A DNA stretch of 64,000 nt from Candidatus Omnitrophota bacterium (GTDB lineage Bacteria > Omnitrophota > Gorgyraeia > B26-G9). Location of the stretch: the NCBI GenBank assembly GCA_043826565.1, contig JBDRPX010000021.1, positions 18,022 to 82,021 of the forward strand, written 5' to 3'. Below, one piece after another: positions 18,895 through 28,591 of the stretch. Each line of letters opens with the position of its first letter. Position 1 is the stretch's first letter. Under the pieces are notes generated by a model. That model was not told the DNA's origin. It worked only from the letters and a program-made list of their open reading frames with translations, and did not search any database. A program made the position numbers and the translations under genes.

Positions 18895-20999
18895 AAACGA
18901 TATATCCAGGAAACTTCGTAGTAACGGCCCCTGGGTTCCCAGTCCCCATTGGCATATTGCAAAGATGCGCGTGTTCTGTTATCAAAAATATTTTTGCAGG
19001 AAAATCTCAAGTCACTGCTTTCTCGCCAAAAGTGTTCCCAAAAAACAGCCATATCAATATAGTAAATCGATCCTGTACTTGTCCATTCATAAACACCGGA
19101 ATTAAGATATGTTTCCCATTCTGCTCCGGACAAAGAAGTTGCTGGTAAAGGATAACGGCGGATGACTTGATTGTGGAAAGATCTTACTGTTGTGGTAAGA
19201 GAAATATCCTTAGTGTATTGGTAGAGCATGCCTAGATTAAGTGTGCTTTCCGGAACACCATTCATCTCTCCTGATGGGTTTTGCACATCTCCGTGGTCTC
19301 CGGATTGAGAACTGGAAAATTTTGCGCTTTGCCAGGAACCATTAACCCATACGGAAAGTGTATTGGTAAGCGGAACATCCCACTGCAGTTCTATTCCTTT
19401 ACCGGAAAAATCACCGATATTAGTAAATCCCGCTTGCCAGGCAATATAGTCGGCGATTCTCTGATTATAGACATTTATACTTAAACGAGATTTTCCGATA
19501 TAATGAATTGATTGTGCTTCATAAGTAGTTAATATTTCCGGTTCTTTTGCCGGGCCAAGGGGTGTTGCCCAGGCAGTCCCGCGTTCAAAATTCCATGCTG
19601 TATTATTTTCCGATTCCCAGGGGGATGGGAATTTTGTCGCTGTGTTCGACATAAGTTTAAACGTCCATTTTTTTGAAGGGATAAAGACTGCGGCTAAACG
19701 CGGAGATAAAAAAACTTTTTCCTCCCGGGTCATGGAGCTTCGATCAGCGCGCAAAGCTCCGATTAAGGTTACGGTATCGTTAAGAGTATATTCTTCTGAA
19801 GCAAAGATACCTATGACCTGATCATCGCTAATATCGACGAGATTGTTTACTGTGCCGGCAACAGTTGGATTTGAAGGGTCATAACTGTTAAAGGTGTAAT
19901 TATGGCGATTATTACTATGTGTAAGCTGAAGCCCGGTTTGAAAGAAATGTCGGTCCTGTTGTGACTGTAAGGCATATTCAAGTCCATATAATTTTTGATG
20001 TGTATCAAGTAAATTGCCGGTCAAGTTTTCTTCGGCGGCTCTTAGGAGCCGTTTATTGTCATAAGAAAATGTTAAGGTATAAATAAGGTCAGGATTTATT
20101 TCAGTTTTATTTTTCAGGACAAAAGCATCAACATAATTATAGCGGGTTGCCTTTCTGTTTAAGCTCTCGCGATTTTGGGAGTATTCAGGAAAGGCTTGAT
20201 TTAAGGAGCTTAATTGCGCTGACCAGTCATCCAAGTCGCCTTTAAAAAACAAAAAAGAACTTGGCCTGGTTATATCAAGTTTTCTAGATAAAACATCTTC
20301 GCCTTCTGAGGCAATTCTTTCTCCGGAATGACGATAAAATCCTTCGCTGGAAAAACCCTGACTTTCCGCATAAGTAGCGGAAGCAAAAAAACTTTTTGTC
20401 GCATCAAATCGTTCTCCACACATGATTGTATTTATAATAGTGTTATCCTGACGATGTGTACCGACAGATACAGTATTTTCTTTGCCGTCAATCTCTTTTG
20501 TTATTAAGTTAACAATCGCGGCTAAAGATTCTGCCGGGTAAAGAACCGACCCTGGTCCGACAATTATTTCGATACGTTCAACAGTATCCAGAGTTATGGG
20601 CAGAGCAAGATCAGTAGATTCATTCACATTGTTTATACGGTGCCCGTTTATCATATAAGTAATTTTATTATTCTCATTAGGAGCTATTCCGCGTATTTGA
20701 GCAATAGGTTCCAAAGGTCTGTAAGAAGTAAAAAATCCGGGGATTCTATCTAAAACATCGCGGATTGTCTGATATCCGTATTTTCGGATTTCATCCTTAG
20801 TTATTACATACATTACATTAGGAGTTGCGTCTAAGGATTCAGCTTTTCGTGAAGCTGTTATTACCTCAGGGATGTCTTGAAAAAGTATTGCTTCCGGAGA
20901 TTCTAATGCATTAGAGGTGCTGGTTAAACTAATAATAATCAAGAATAATTGCCCAAAAATTAACCATATCTTTAAAAAAGAGAATTTTTTTGAAAGCAT
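18891..20999 (-). CDS. TonB-dependent receptor
   Basis: Signal peptide, plug (VITASRK, VLDRIPG, ERIEIIVGPGSVLY) and C-terminal NIFD..GRYYEVSWIYRF. SD AAGGAG supports ATG 20999. Confidence 0.9.
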   Translation of the reverse strand: MLSKKFSFLKIWLIFGQLFLIIISLTSTSNALESPEAILFQDIPEVITASRKAESLDATPNVMYVITKDEIRKYGYQTIRDVLDRIPGFFTSYRPLEPIAQIRGIAPNENNKITYMINGHRINNVNESTDLALPITLDTVERIEIIVGPGSVLYPAESLAAIVNLITKEIDGKENTVSVGTHRQDNTIINTIMCGERFDATKSFFASATYAESQGFSSEGFYRHSGERIASEGEDVLSRKLDITRPSSFLFFKGDLDDWSAQLSSLNQAFPEYSQNRESLNRKATRYNYVDAFVLKNKTEINPDLIYTLTFSYDNKRLLRAAEENLTGNLLDTHQKLYGLEYALQSQQDRHFFQTGLQLTHSNNRHNYTFNSYDPSNPTVAGTVNNLVDISDDQVIGIFASEEYTLNDTVTLIGALRADRSSMTREEKVFLSPRLAAVFIPSKKWTFKLMSNTATKFPSPWESENNTAWNFERGTAWATPLGPAKEPEILTTYEAQSIHYIGKSRLSINVYNQRIADYIAWQAGFTNIGDFSGKGIELQWDVPLTNTLSVWVNGSWQSAKFSSSQSGDHGDVQNPSGEMNGVPESTLNLGMLYQYTKDISLTTTVRSFHNQVIRRYPLPATSLSGAEWETYLNSGVYEWTSTGSIYYIDMAVFWEHFWRESSDLRFSCKNIFDNRTRASLQYANGDWEPRGRYYEVSWIYRF

Positions 21000-21048
21000 A
21001 TCAGCTCCTTGTGTAGTATATAATAGTATATTATATAGATTCAAAAAA

Positions 21049-21087
21049 TCTAATATATAGTATATATTAGACTAAAATTAGAGTCAA
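21049..21087 (-). promoter_or_regulatory. Sigma70 promoter of the TonB receptor, overlapped by a perfect 23-bp palindrome
   Basis: Minus strand TTGACT-N17-TATACT. TCTAATATATA-G-TATATATTAGA at 21049-21071. Confidence 0.6.
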
Positions 21088-21124
21088 TAAGTTTAAATAC
21101 AGGAATCATTATTATTTAAAAATT

Positions 21125-21157
21125 ATTCTTGACAAGAATCGGTCAGAGTGCTATATT
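21125..21157 (+). promoter_or_regulatory. Sigma70 promoter of the Fur/PerR operon with a 7-1-7 palindrome over the -35 box
   Basis: TTGACA (21129), 17-nt spacer, TATATT. ATTCTTG-A-CAAGAAT at 21125-21139. Confidence 0.6.
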
Positions 21158-21166
21158 TGTCTAATT

Positions 21167-21583
21167 ATGAAAAACAAAATTAATATATTAAAGGAACAGG
21201 GCATTAGAATTACTCCTCAGCGCGTGAGGATATTTGAGCTTTTAGCCGCGGAAAAAAGACATTTGTGTGTTGAGGAACTTTATGAGAAAATAAAAGAATC
21301 ATTTCCCGCGGTTTCTTTGGCAACAGTGTATTCTATTTTAGAGCTTTTAAAAAAAAAAGGAATAATTCGCGAGATCAGGATTAAGTTTGATAAATCTTGT
21401 TATGAAGCAAGAACTGATCTGCATCATCATTTTTCCTGCAGGAAATGCAAAAAGATTTTTGATATTGATCTAACCCCGTGTCCGGCATTACAGAGCAAAG
21501 AAATTAACGGGCATATAATCGAGGAATTACAGGGATATTTTTACGGAATCTGCCGGGATTGCAAGGAGATAAACAGTGAATGA
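21167..21583 (+). CDS. Fur-family regulator, PerR-like
   Basis: RITPQR, SLATVY, HHHFSCRKC and YGICRDC. Heads a peroxide-defence cluster. Confidence 0.9.
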   Translation: MKNKINILKEQGIRITPQRVRIFELLAAEKRHLCVEELYEKIKESFPAVSLATVYSILELLKKKGIIREIRIKFDKSCYEARTDLHHHFSCRKCKKIFDIDLTPCPALQSKEINGHIIEELQGYFYGICRDCKEINSE

Positions 21584-22283
21584 GTTTCGCGGCCGCTTAA
21601 TCCAACGGATCAAGAGAACGCCGGAGGTGGAAAGCTTTCGGTTTAAAACCAAAGAGCCGGTGGTTTTTTTAGCCGGGCAGTTCTTACGCGTAATTTTTGA
21701 TGCGAATAATAAACAAAACCAGGAATTGAATAAGTATTTGTCTTTTTCCTGTGCTCCGGGGAAAGAATATATAGAGGTAACTAAAAAATTAAGCGCGAGT
21801 GAATTCTCTCAGAGGCTTAAATCGCTTAAGACTGATGATGAAGTGCTCTTTGAAGGGCCGATGGGCAAATGTGTATTAAAAGACGGAGAGGGAAAAGCCG
21901 GATTCTTAGCCGGCGGGATCGGGATTACTCCGGTTATCTCCATGATCGAAGATATAAAGAACCGGGAGCTGGATATAAATGTTATCCTGTTTTATTCTAA
22001 TCGCAATCCCCAAGAGATCGCGTTTAAAAAGGAACTGGATTTATGGGAGTCGGATAATACTGAAATTGTGCATACTCTGACTGATTGTGAATCTGCGGAT
22101 ATAAAATGTGTTTACGGATATATTGATAAAGAACTAATTCTACGGTATACGGCGGATATTAAAACCCGCCCATTTTTCATTTTCGGTCCGCCGAAAATGG
22201 TACAGTCCATGAAAAATGTGTGTTTAGAAGCCGGGTGTGATCAGAACATGATTAAAAGTGAAGGGTTTATGGGGTATGAGTGA
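21576..22283 (+). CDS. Ferredoxin-NADP reductase-like FAD/NAD-binding oxidoreductase
   Basis: Motifs GQF, EGPMG, AGGIGITP, YSNR, GPPKMV and terminal EGF.GY. Confidence 0.85.
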   Translation: MNEFRGRLIQRIKRTPEVESFRFKTKEPVVFLAGQFLRVIFDANNKQNQELNKYLSFSCAPGKEYIEVTKKLSASEFSQRLKSLKTDDEVLFEGPMGKCVLKDGEGKAGFLAGGIGITPVISMIEDIKNRELDINVILFYSNRNPQEIAFKKELDLWESDNTEIVHTLTDCESADIKCVYGYIDKELILRYTADIKTRPFFIFGPPKMVQSMKNVCLEAGCDQNMIKSEGFMGYE

Positions 22284-22331
22284 AGACATAAATTGCAGAG
22301 CAAAGTGAATGCAATTTATAAGTCTGAACTC

Positions 22332-22437
22332 ACCCCGCCTTTTCTGCTGTCAAGGGTAGTTATAGGGTAAGAAAGGGCGGGGTTAATTCGCGCAGATCAT
22401 TTATGTTGCTAAAGCTGCCATAAATGATGCGCTCATT
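22332..22437 (+). repeat. Dispersed two-hairpin pre-RBS element, copy B
   Basis: ACCCCGCCTTTTCT..AGAAAGGGCGGGGT followed by AATTCGCGCAGATCATTTATG..CATAAATGATGCGCTCATT, then SD GAGGAG. Confidence 0.8.
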
Positions 22438-22454
22438 AAAGAGAGGAGAATATT

Positions 22455-22958
22455 ATGCATAGAATGACAGAAGAAAACGAACAAAATGCGTTTGCCGGAG
22501 AATCACAGGCGCACATGAAGTATCTGGTATTTGCGGATGTCGCGGAAAAAGAAGGCAAAGCGAATATCAGCCGCTTATTTCGGGCGATCGCGTATGCCGA
22601 ACAGGTACATGCGACTAATCATCTTAAAGTCTTGGGCGGAGTAGGAAAGACAGTTGATAATCTGGCGGCCGCAATAAAAGGGGAGAATTTTGAAGTTAAT
22701 GAAATGTATCCGGCATATTTAGAAGAGTCAAAGCTGCAGGGGGAAAAAGAAGCGGAAAAAGCCCAGCATTATGCATTGGAAGCGGAAAAAATTCATGAGC
22801 AGATGTATAAAAGTGCCAAAGAAACTGCGTTGCGGGGTAAAGATATTCAATTAGGAGAAGTGGGTATTTGTCAGATATGCGGTTATACGGTAGAGGGAGA
22901 AGCTCCTGATTTTTGTCCGGTATGCGGAGCGAAACGTAGTGTATTTAAGATGTTTTAA
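22455..22958 (+). CDS. rbr: Rubrerythrin
   Basis: AFAGESQA, EQVHA, EKIH and C-terminal CQICG..CPVCG. Confidence 0.93.
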   Translation: MHRMTEENEQNAFAGESQAHMKYLVFADVAEKEGKANISRLFRAIAYAEQVHATNHLKVLGGVGKTVDNLAAAIKGENFEVNEMYPAYLEESKLQGEKEAEKAQHYALEAEKIHEQMYKSAKETALRGKDIQLGEVGICQICGYTVEGEAPDFCPVCGAKRSVFKMF

Positions 22959-23035
22959 AAAACAAGGCTAGGTGAAGACCTCTCCCCATGAAGGGTTCGA
23001 GGTTAATTTGCTAGCGCAAATTAAGGGGGAGTATT

Positions 23036-23431
23036 ATGGCTTCTATAAAAGAAATATTGCAGACCGCGGATTGGAAATCGGAAAAACATGTTCCGGTCAT
23101 TGATTCGCCGGATGCGGTGAAAAAGGGAGAAGAAATTGAGATTACGGTAAGCGTGGGCAAAGAGATCGCCCATCCGAATACAACCGAGCATTATATCAGC
23201 TGGATCGAACTATATTTTTTAGCGGAAGGGGCAAAGCTGGCAGTGGAGCTCGGAAGATTTGAATTCGCCGCACACGGAGCATCCGCGCAGGGACCGAATA
23301 CCAGCATGATCTTTACAAAGCCGTCGGTAACGATTAAAATAAAAACAGAAAAATCCGGGACATTGTTTGCTTCTAGTTATTGCAATATCCATGGATTATG
23401 GGAAAGTGCGAAGGGTATCATGGTTAAGTGA
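23036..23431 (+). CDS. Superoxide reductase (class II SORL / neelaredoxin)
   Basis: EKHVP, HPNTTEH and CNIHGLW. Confidence 0.92.
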   Translation: MASIKEILQTADWKSEKHVPVIDSPDAVKKGEEIEITVSVGKEIAHPNTTEHYISWIELYFLAEGAKLAVELGRFEFAAHGASAQGPNTSMIFTKPSVTIKIKTEKSGTLFASSYCNIHGLWESAKGIMVK

Positions 23432-23465
23432 AATCACAAACTGTAATAATTGAAGGGAGAGAAAG

Positions 23466-23786
23466 ATGGCACTAGAGATAAATGCGGTTAACTTTGAACA
23501 GGAAGTAATAAAATCAGACCTTCCGGTGCTTGTGGATTTTTGGGCAGCCTGGTGCGGCCCTTGCCGGATGGTTGGGCCGGTAATTGAAGAGTTAGCCAAA
23601 GAATACGAAGGTAAACTTAAAGTTTGTAAGGTTAATGTTGATGAAGCTTCTGAGGTTGCGTCTAAATTCGGGGTAATGAGTATTCCGACTTTGATCGTGT
23701 TTAATAAAGGGGAAGTGGCTGCTCAGACTGTAGGAGCAATGTCTAAAGAAAAATTAATTGGGTTTGTTACCCCGTATTTAAAATAG
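23466..23786 (+). CDS. trxA: Thioredoxin
   Basis: [10 protein letters not shown] and SIPTL. Confidence 0.95.
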   Translation: MALEINAVNFEQEVIKSDLPVLVDFWAAWCGPCRMVGPVIEELAKEYEGKLKVCKVNVDEASEVASKFGVMSIPTLIVFNKGEVAAQTVGAMSKEKLIGFVTPYLK

Positions 23787-23796
23787 AAAGAAAGTT

Positions 23797-23937
23797 ATGG
23801 ATAAGTACAAATGTCTTGTATGCGGATATATATATGATCCGGCGGAGAATGGTAATGTTTCGTTTGCGAATTTACCGGAAGACTGGGTATGCCCGGAATG
23901 CGGAGTTGGCAAGGATCAATTTGAAAAGTCAGAGTAA
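23797..23937 (+). CDS. Rubredoxin (46 aa, absent from the ORF track)
   Basis: Manual translation [46 protein letters not shown] has both CxxCG motifs. Confidence 0.93.
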   Translation: MDKYKCLVCGYIYDPAENGNVSFANLPEDWVCPECGVGKDQFEKSE

Positions 23938-24077
23938 ATAGACAATTTACAATGAACAAATTACAAACAATATATAATATTAAATATTTAAATATACAAT
24001 ATTTGTTTATTGTTGCTTGTTATTTGTTTGTAATTTGGAATTTGTATATTGTAATTTAAAAAAGAAGGATTACATTT

Positions 24078-25256
24078 ATGCATAAAATTGGAAACGATAT
24101 ATACTGGACCGGGTATATTGATTGGGAGTTGCGGAATTTTCATGGATATTCTACGCCTTTCGGCTCGACATATAATGCCTATCTTATTACCGATGAAAAA
24201 CCGACGCTCATTGATACGGTTAAACATTATGGTTTTGAAGAAATGAGTTCTCGGATAGAGGAGATCATTGACCCGGCAAAAATTCAGTATATTATTTCCA
24301 ATCATACGGAAATGGATCATTCCGGAACAATTGATAAACTTCTGGAGCTTTGTCCGAATGCCGAAGTGGTGTGTTCTCCTAAGGGAGCGGAAGGCTTAAA
24401 GCGTCATTTTAAAAAAGATTGGAAGTTTAAAGTTGTCAATACCGGAGATACTCTTAATATCGGTAAGAAAACTCTAAAATTTTTTTTAATGCCCATGGTG
24501 CATTGGCCGGATTCAATGGCCACATATTCTGAAGACGATAAAATGCTTTTTTGTAATGATGCTTTCGGCCAGCATTACGCTAGTGAGGAAAGATTCGTTG
24601 ATGAGGTGGCGATGGATGTTGTCCTGCCGGAAGCCGCGAAATATTACGCGAATATTGTTTTGCCTTATGGCGCACAGGTATTAAAAGTTTTAGAAGCCTT
24701 AAAGACTCTGCCGATAGATATGATCTGTCCCTCTCATGGTTTGATCTGGCGGAAGAAAGAAGATATCCAAAAGATCGTTACTTTATATGAGAAATGGGCA
24801 AGTCACCAAACAGATAACCGGGCGGTTATTATTTATGATACGATGTGGCATTCCACAGAGCAGATGGCCTTAAAATTATTTGAGTTTATTAATAAGCAAG
24901 GGATTCCCACCAAGATAATTAATCTGCAAAAAGAGCATATGTCGGATGCGATTACGGAGATCATGTTTTCTAAAATGGTCTTGATCGGCAGTCCGATCCT
25001 CAATAATAAGATATTGCCGACAATGGCCGGATTTTTAACTTATATGGCCGGACTAAAACCGAAAAACAGGTTTGGTTTTACTTTTGGCTCTTATGGCTGG
25101 GCAACTGTCGGGTTTAAAGAATTAGAAGCTTTTGTGAAAGAATCCGGGATTGAGCTTATTAGTGAAGGTAAATATGTTAAATTTATTCCCGATCAGCAAG
25201 AGCTGGATAGTTTGCGGGAGATATCTGTCAAAATTAAAGAAAAACTAATATCATAA
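24078..25256 (+). CDS. fprA: Flavodiiron protein (FprA family)
   Basis: GSTYNAYL, HTEMDHSG, HWPDSM, DAFGQH and PSHG, plus a flavodoxin domain (GSYGW). Confidence 0.93.
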   Translation: MHKIGNDIYWTGYIDWELRNFHGYSTPFGSTYNAYLITDEKPTLIDTVKHYGFEEMSSRIEEIIDPAKIQYIISNHTEMDHSGTIDKLLELCPNAEVVCSPKGAEGLKRHFKKDWKFKVVNTGDTLNIGKKTLKFFLMPMVHWPDSMATYSEDDKMLFCNDAFGQHYASEERFVDEVAMDVVLPEAAKYYANIVLPYGAQVLKVLEALKTLPIDMICPSHGLIWRKKEDIQKIVTLYEKWASHQTDNRAVIIYDTMWHSTEQMALKLFEFINKQGIPTKIINLQKEHMSDAITEIMFSKMVLIGSPILNNKILPTMAGFLTYMAGLKPKNRFGFTFGSYGWATVGFKELEAFVKESGIELISEGKYVKFIPDQQELDSLREISVKIKEKLIS

Positions 25257-25274
25257 TATCCTCAGGAGGGAAAA

Positions 25275-27800
25275 ATGTTCCGGAAATTAATTCGAATTTC
25301 TTTTAATCGGCCTAAATTGATCATGTGGCTGACGCTGATCGTAATTATTGCCGCGCTGATCCAATTCCCGCGGATCAAGGTTGATACTGATCCGGAAAAT
25401 ATGCTTTCAGAAAAAGAATTCGTGCGAGTGTTTCATCATGAGGTGAAAAAAGAATTTGGTTTGTATGATTTTATTGTCTTAGGCGTAGTAAATACCAAGC
25501 ACCAAGCCGGAGTCTTTAATGTCGAGACCTTGAATAATGTTTACGGGATCACCGCGGAAATTAAAAACATTGATGGTGTTATCGCGCGCGAACTTATTGC
25601 TCTCTCGACAAAAGATAATATCCGCCAGGGCGGGATCGGAGCGGTGGTCTTTGAATGGCTGATGAAAGAGCCTATTGATACTCAGGAACAAGCGTTGTTT
25701 ATCCGGGATGAGGCTCAGGATAATCCGATGTTTAACGGAACGATTATTTCTGAGGACGGTAAAGCGCTGTGCGTATATGTGCCGATAAAAGAAAAGAAAA
25801 TGAGTTACCGGATTTCCCGGGAAATACTAGATATTGTAAAAAAATATCAGGGAGACCAGCAGTTTTATATTACCGGATTGCCGGTGGCCGAGAATACTTT
25901 TGGCGTAGAGATGTTTAAACAGATGGCCATTTCCGCCCCTTTGGCCGGATTAATAATATTCTTATTAATGCTATTTTTCTTTAAAAGTATCCAGTTAATT
26001 GTTTCTCCGATGATCCTGGCGGTGGCGACGGTATTAAGTACGATGGGTTTACTTATCGGCATGGGGTTTCCGGTGCATATTATGAGTTCGATGATCCCGA
26101 TATTTTTAATGCCGATCGCGGTTTTGGACTCGGTTCATATTTTAAGTGAGTTCTTTGATAAGTACCGGATTATCGGAAATAAGCGCGAGACAATGTTCGC
26201 GGTTATGGATGAATTATTCACCCCGATGTTATATACTTCGTTAACCTCGGCAGTGGGGTTTTTTTCTCTTTCCTTTTCGCCGATTCCTCCGGTGCAGGCT
26301 TTTGGGGTTTTTGTCGCGGTGGGAGTTATGATCGCCTGGATATTGACCATGACGTTTATTCCCGCGTATATCGCCTTACTTAATGAAGCGTCATTTAAAA
26401 AGATCGGTAAGGCCGATGAAGGCGCAGATCACCACGGGTTTATTGATATAATGCTTATTAATATAAGGAAGTTTACTTTAAGGCATGCTAAGGGAATTGT
26501 TATTTTTAGCATTATCCTGATGATTATCTCCGGATACGGGATATCCCGGATAACTGTTAATGATAATCCGGTGCGCTGGTTTACGAAAAACCATCCCATC
26601 CAGATTGCGGATAAAGTTTTGAATCATCACTTTGCCGGAACATATACCGCGTACCTTGTCCTGGCGGCAAAGGATAGGCCGGCGGAGGTATTTAAAGAGC
26701 CGGAAATGCTTAGGTATGTTGAAAGGCTGCAGAACTATCTTTTAGAAAAAGGCGATGTCGGGAAAACAACATCATTGGCAGATGTTGTAAAAAAAGTATA
26801 TTATGAACTACTTGGCGGCGATAAAACAAATAATGTTATCCCTGATTCCAAAAGAGCGGTAGCGCAATGCCTGATCTCCTATGAGAATTCGCATAAGCCG
26901 GATGATCTGTGGCATATGACGGTTCCGGATTCTTCCAAGATAAATATCTGGATACAGTTAAAAAGCGGCGATAATAAAGATATGGGCAAAGTTGTTAAGC
27001 AGGTAGATGAATATTTTAAAGAAAATAGATCTCCGTTTGAATTTGAGTATAATTGGGCCGGCCTGACCTATATTAATCTGGTCTGGCAGAATAAAATGGT
27101 CACCGGGATGCTCATGAATTTTCTGGGCAGTTTTATTATTGTGTTCTTTATGATGACGTTTCTTTTTAAATCGCCTTTGCGCGGTTTAATATCAATGATT
27201 CCGCTGACGGTAACGATAATGTTTATCTATAGTCTGCTGGGATTTATCAGTAAGGATTATGATATGCCGGTAGCGGTTCTTTCAGCTTTGACATTAGGCT
27301 TATCCATAGATTTCGCGATTCATTTTATTCAGCGGGCCAGAGAAATATACCAGACGAACAATAGCTGGGAAAAAACCGCCGAAGAAATGTTTCAGGGCCC
27401 GGCCCGGGCGATCTCGCGCAATGCTTTGGTTGTGGCTATCGGATTTCTGCCGCTTCTGGTGGCGCCGCTTGTTCCGTACCGCACAGTAGGATTTTTTATG
27501 TTCAGTATTATGTTTATTTCGAGTATCGCAACATTGTTTATACTGCCGGCAATTATGAGTCTGTTTCCCGCGGTTGTTTTTGAATATGAGGATAAGCGCA
27601 TGATCTGTAATTGCCGTTATTGTGTAATCGTCGGAGTTGCCGCGTCAATAGCCGTGGCATATATTTTGCGCGGATATACCGCTGTAGGGTGGCCGCTGAC
27701 ATTGACAATTAGCATTGCTATTGTCGCGGTTGCCTCCGGAGTATGCGCGCAAATTGCCAAGCAGAAATTTTGTATGACCGATAAAAAAGGGGGAGAGTAA
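25275..27800 (+). CDS. MMPL/RND family transporter
   Basis: Two repeats of a TM plus periplasmic domain (DSVHILSEF; GLSIDFAIHF). Confidence 0.88.
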   Translation: MFRKLIRISFNRPKLIMWLTLIVIIAALIQFPRIKVDTDPENMLSEKEFVRVFHHEVKKEFGLYDFIVLGVVNTKHQAGVFNVETLNNVYGITAEIKNIDGVIARELIALSTKDNIRQGGIGAVVFEWLMKEPIDTQEQALFIRDEAQDNPMFNGTIISEDGKALCVYVPIKEKKMSYRISREILDIVKKYQGDQQFYITGLPVAENTFGVEMFKQMAISAPLAGLIIFLLMLFFFKSIQLIVSPMILAVATVLSTMGLLIGMGFPVHIMSSMIPIFLMPIAVLDSVHILSEFFDKYRIIGNKRETMFAVMDELFTPMLYTSLTSAVGFFSLSFSPIPPVQAFGVFVAVGVMIAWILTMTFIPAYIALLNEASFKKIGKADEGADHHGFIDIMLINIRKFTLRHAKGIVIFSIILMIISGYGISRITVNDNPVRWFTKNHPIQIADKVLNHHFAGTYTAYLVLAAKDRPAEVFKEPEMLRYVERLQNYLLEKGDVGKTTSLADVVKKVYYELLGGDKTNNVIPDSKRAVAQCLISYENSHKPDDLWHMTVPDSSKINIWIQLKSGDNKDMGKVVKQVDEYFKENRSPFEFEYNWAGLTYINLVWQNKMVTGMLMNFLGSFIIVFFMMTFLFKSPLRGLISMIPLTVTIMFIYSLLGFISKDYDMPVAVLSALTLGLSIDFAIHFIQRAREIYQTNNSWEKTAEEMFQGPARAISRNALVVAIGFLPLLVAPLVPYRTVGFFMFSIMFISSIATLFILPAIMSLFPAVVFEYEDKRMICNCRYCVIVGVAASIAVAYILRGYTAVGWPLTLTISIAIVAVASGVCAQIAKQKFCMTDKKGGE

Positions 27801-28591
27801 TGAGGAAGTTTTTATTGGGGGCGGGATTATTGGTGAGCATACTTTTTTTTAGCGGAAGCTTGTATGCTCAGACGAGTGTTGATGAGATTATAACTAAGGC
27901 AAATAACACAGCCTATTATGCGGGGAATGACGGAAAAGCAAAAATTACCATGACCATAACCGACAACCAGGGCCGGGTACGCAAAAGAGTGTTTAAGATT
28001 TTACGCATGGATATTGCTGACGGCCAAGAACAAAAATATTATGTGTATTTCAGCCAGCCCGCGGATGTTCAGGATATGGTTTATATGGTTTGGAAATACC
28101 TGGATAAAGATGATGACCGCTGGATGTATCTGCCGGCGCTTGATCTGGTAAGAAGGATCGCGGCCAGTGATAAGCGTTCCAGTTTTGTTGGGTCTAATTT
28201 TGTTTATGAGGATATTTCCGGCCGCAGTCTGGCCTTGGATAATCATGAATTAGTTTCTGCCGAAGGAGATCGTTACAAGATAAAAAATACGCCTAAAGAT
28301 GCTTCGGAGGTTGAATTTTCTTACTATGATGTGTATATCCGCAAAGATAATTTTATGCCGGTCAAGGCAGAGTACTATGACAAGCAGGGGAAATTATCTC
28401 GCATTGTGGAAGCCTTGGAAGTGAAAGATATTAATGGACATCCTACGGTAACAAAATCAAAAACTACAGATCTGGTTACCAATGGTAATACGGTAATTGA
28501 ATTTGGAGAAGTGGCGTATGACCTGGGATTAGAGAATGATATTTTTACGGAAAGATATCTAAGGAAGCCGCCCCGAAAGTTGTTAGAATGA
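27800..28591 (+). CDS. Outer-membrane lipoprotein-sorting (LolA-like) protein
   Basis: Signal peptide and DDRWMYLPALDLVRRI..SFVGSNFVYED. Typical partner of MMPL exporters. Confidence 0.85.
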   Translation: MRKFLLGAGLLVSILFFSGSLYAQTSVDEIITKANNTAYYAGNDGKAKITMTITDNQGRVRKRVFKILRMDIADGQEQKYYVYFSQPADVQDMVYMVWKYLDKDDDRWMYLPALDLVRRIAASDKRSSFVGSNFVYEDISGRSLALDNHELVSAEGDRYKIKNTPKDASEVEFSYYDVYIRKDNFMPVKAEYYDKQGKLSRIVEALEVKDINGHPTVTKSKTTDLVTNGNTVIEFGEVAYDLGLENDIFTERYLRKPPRKLLE

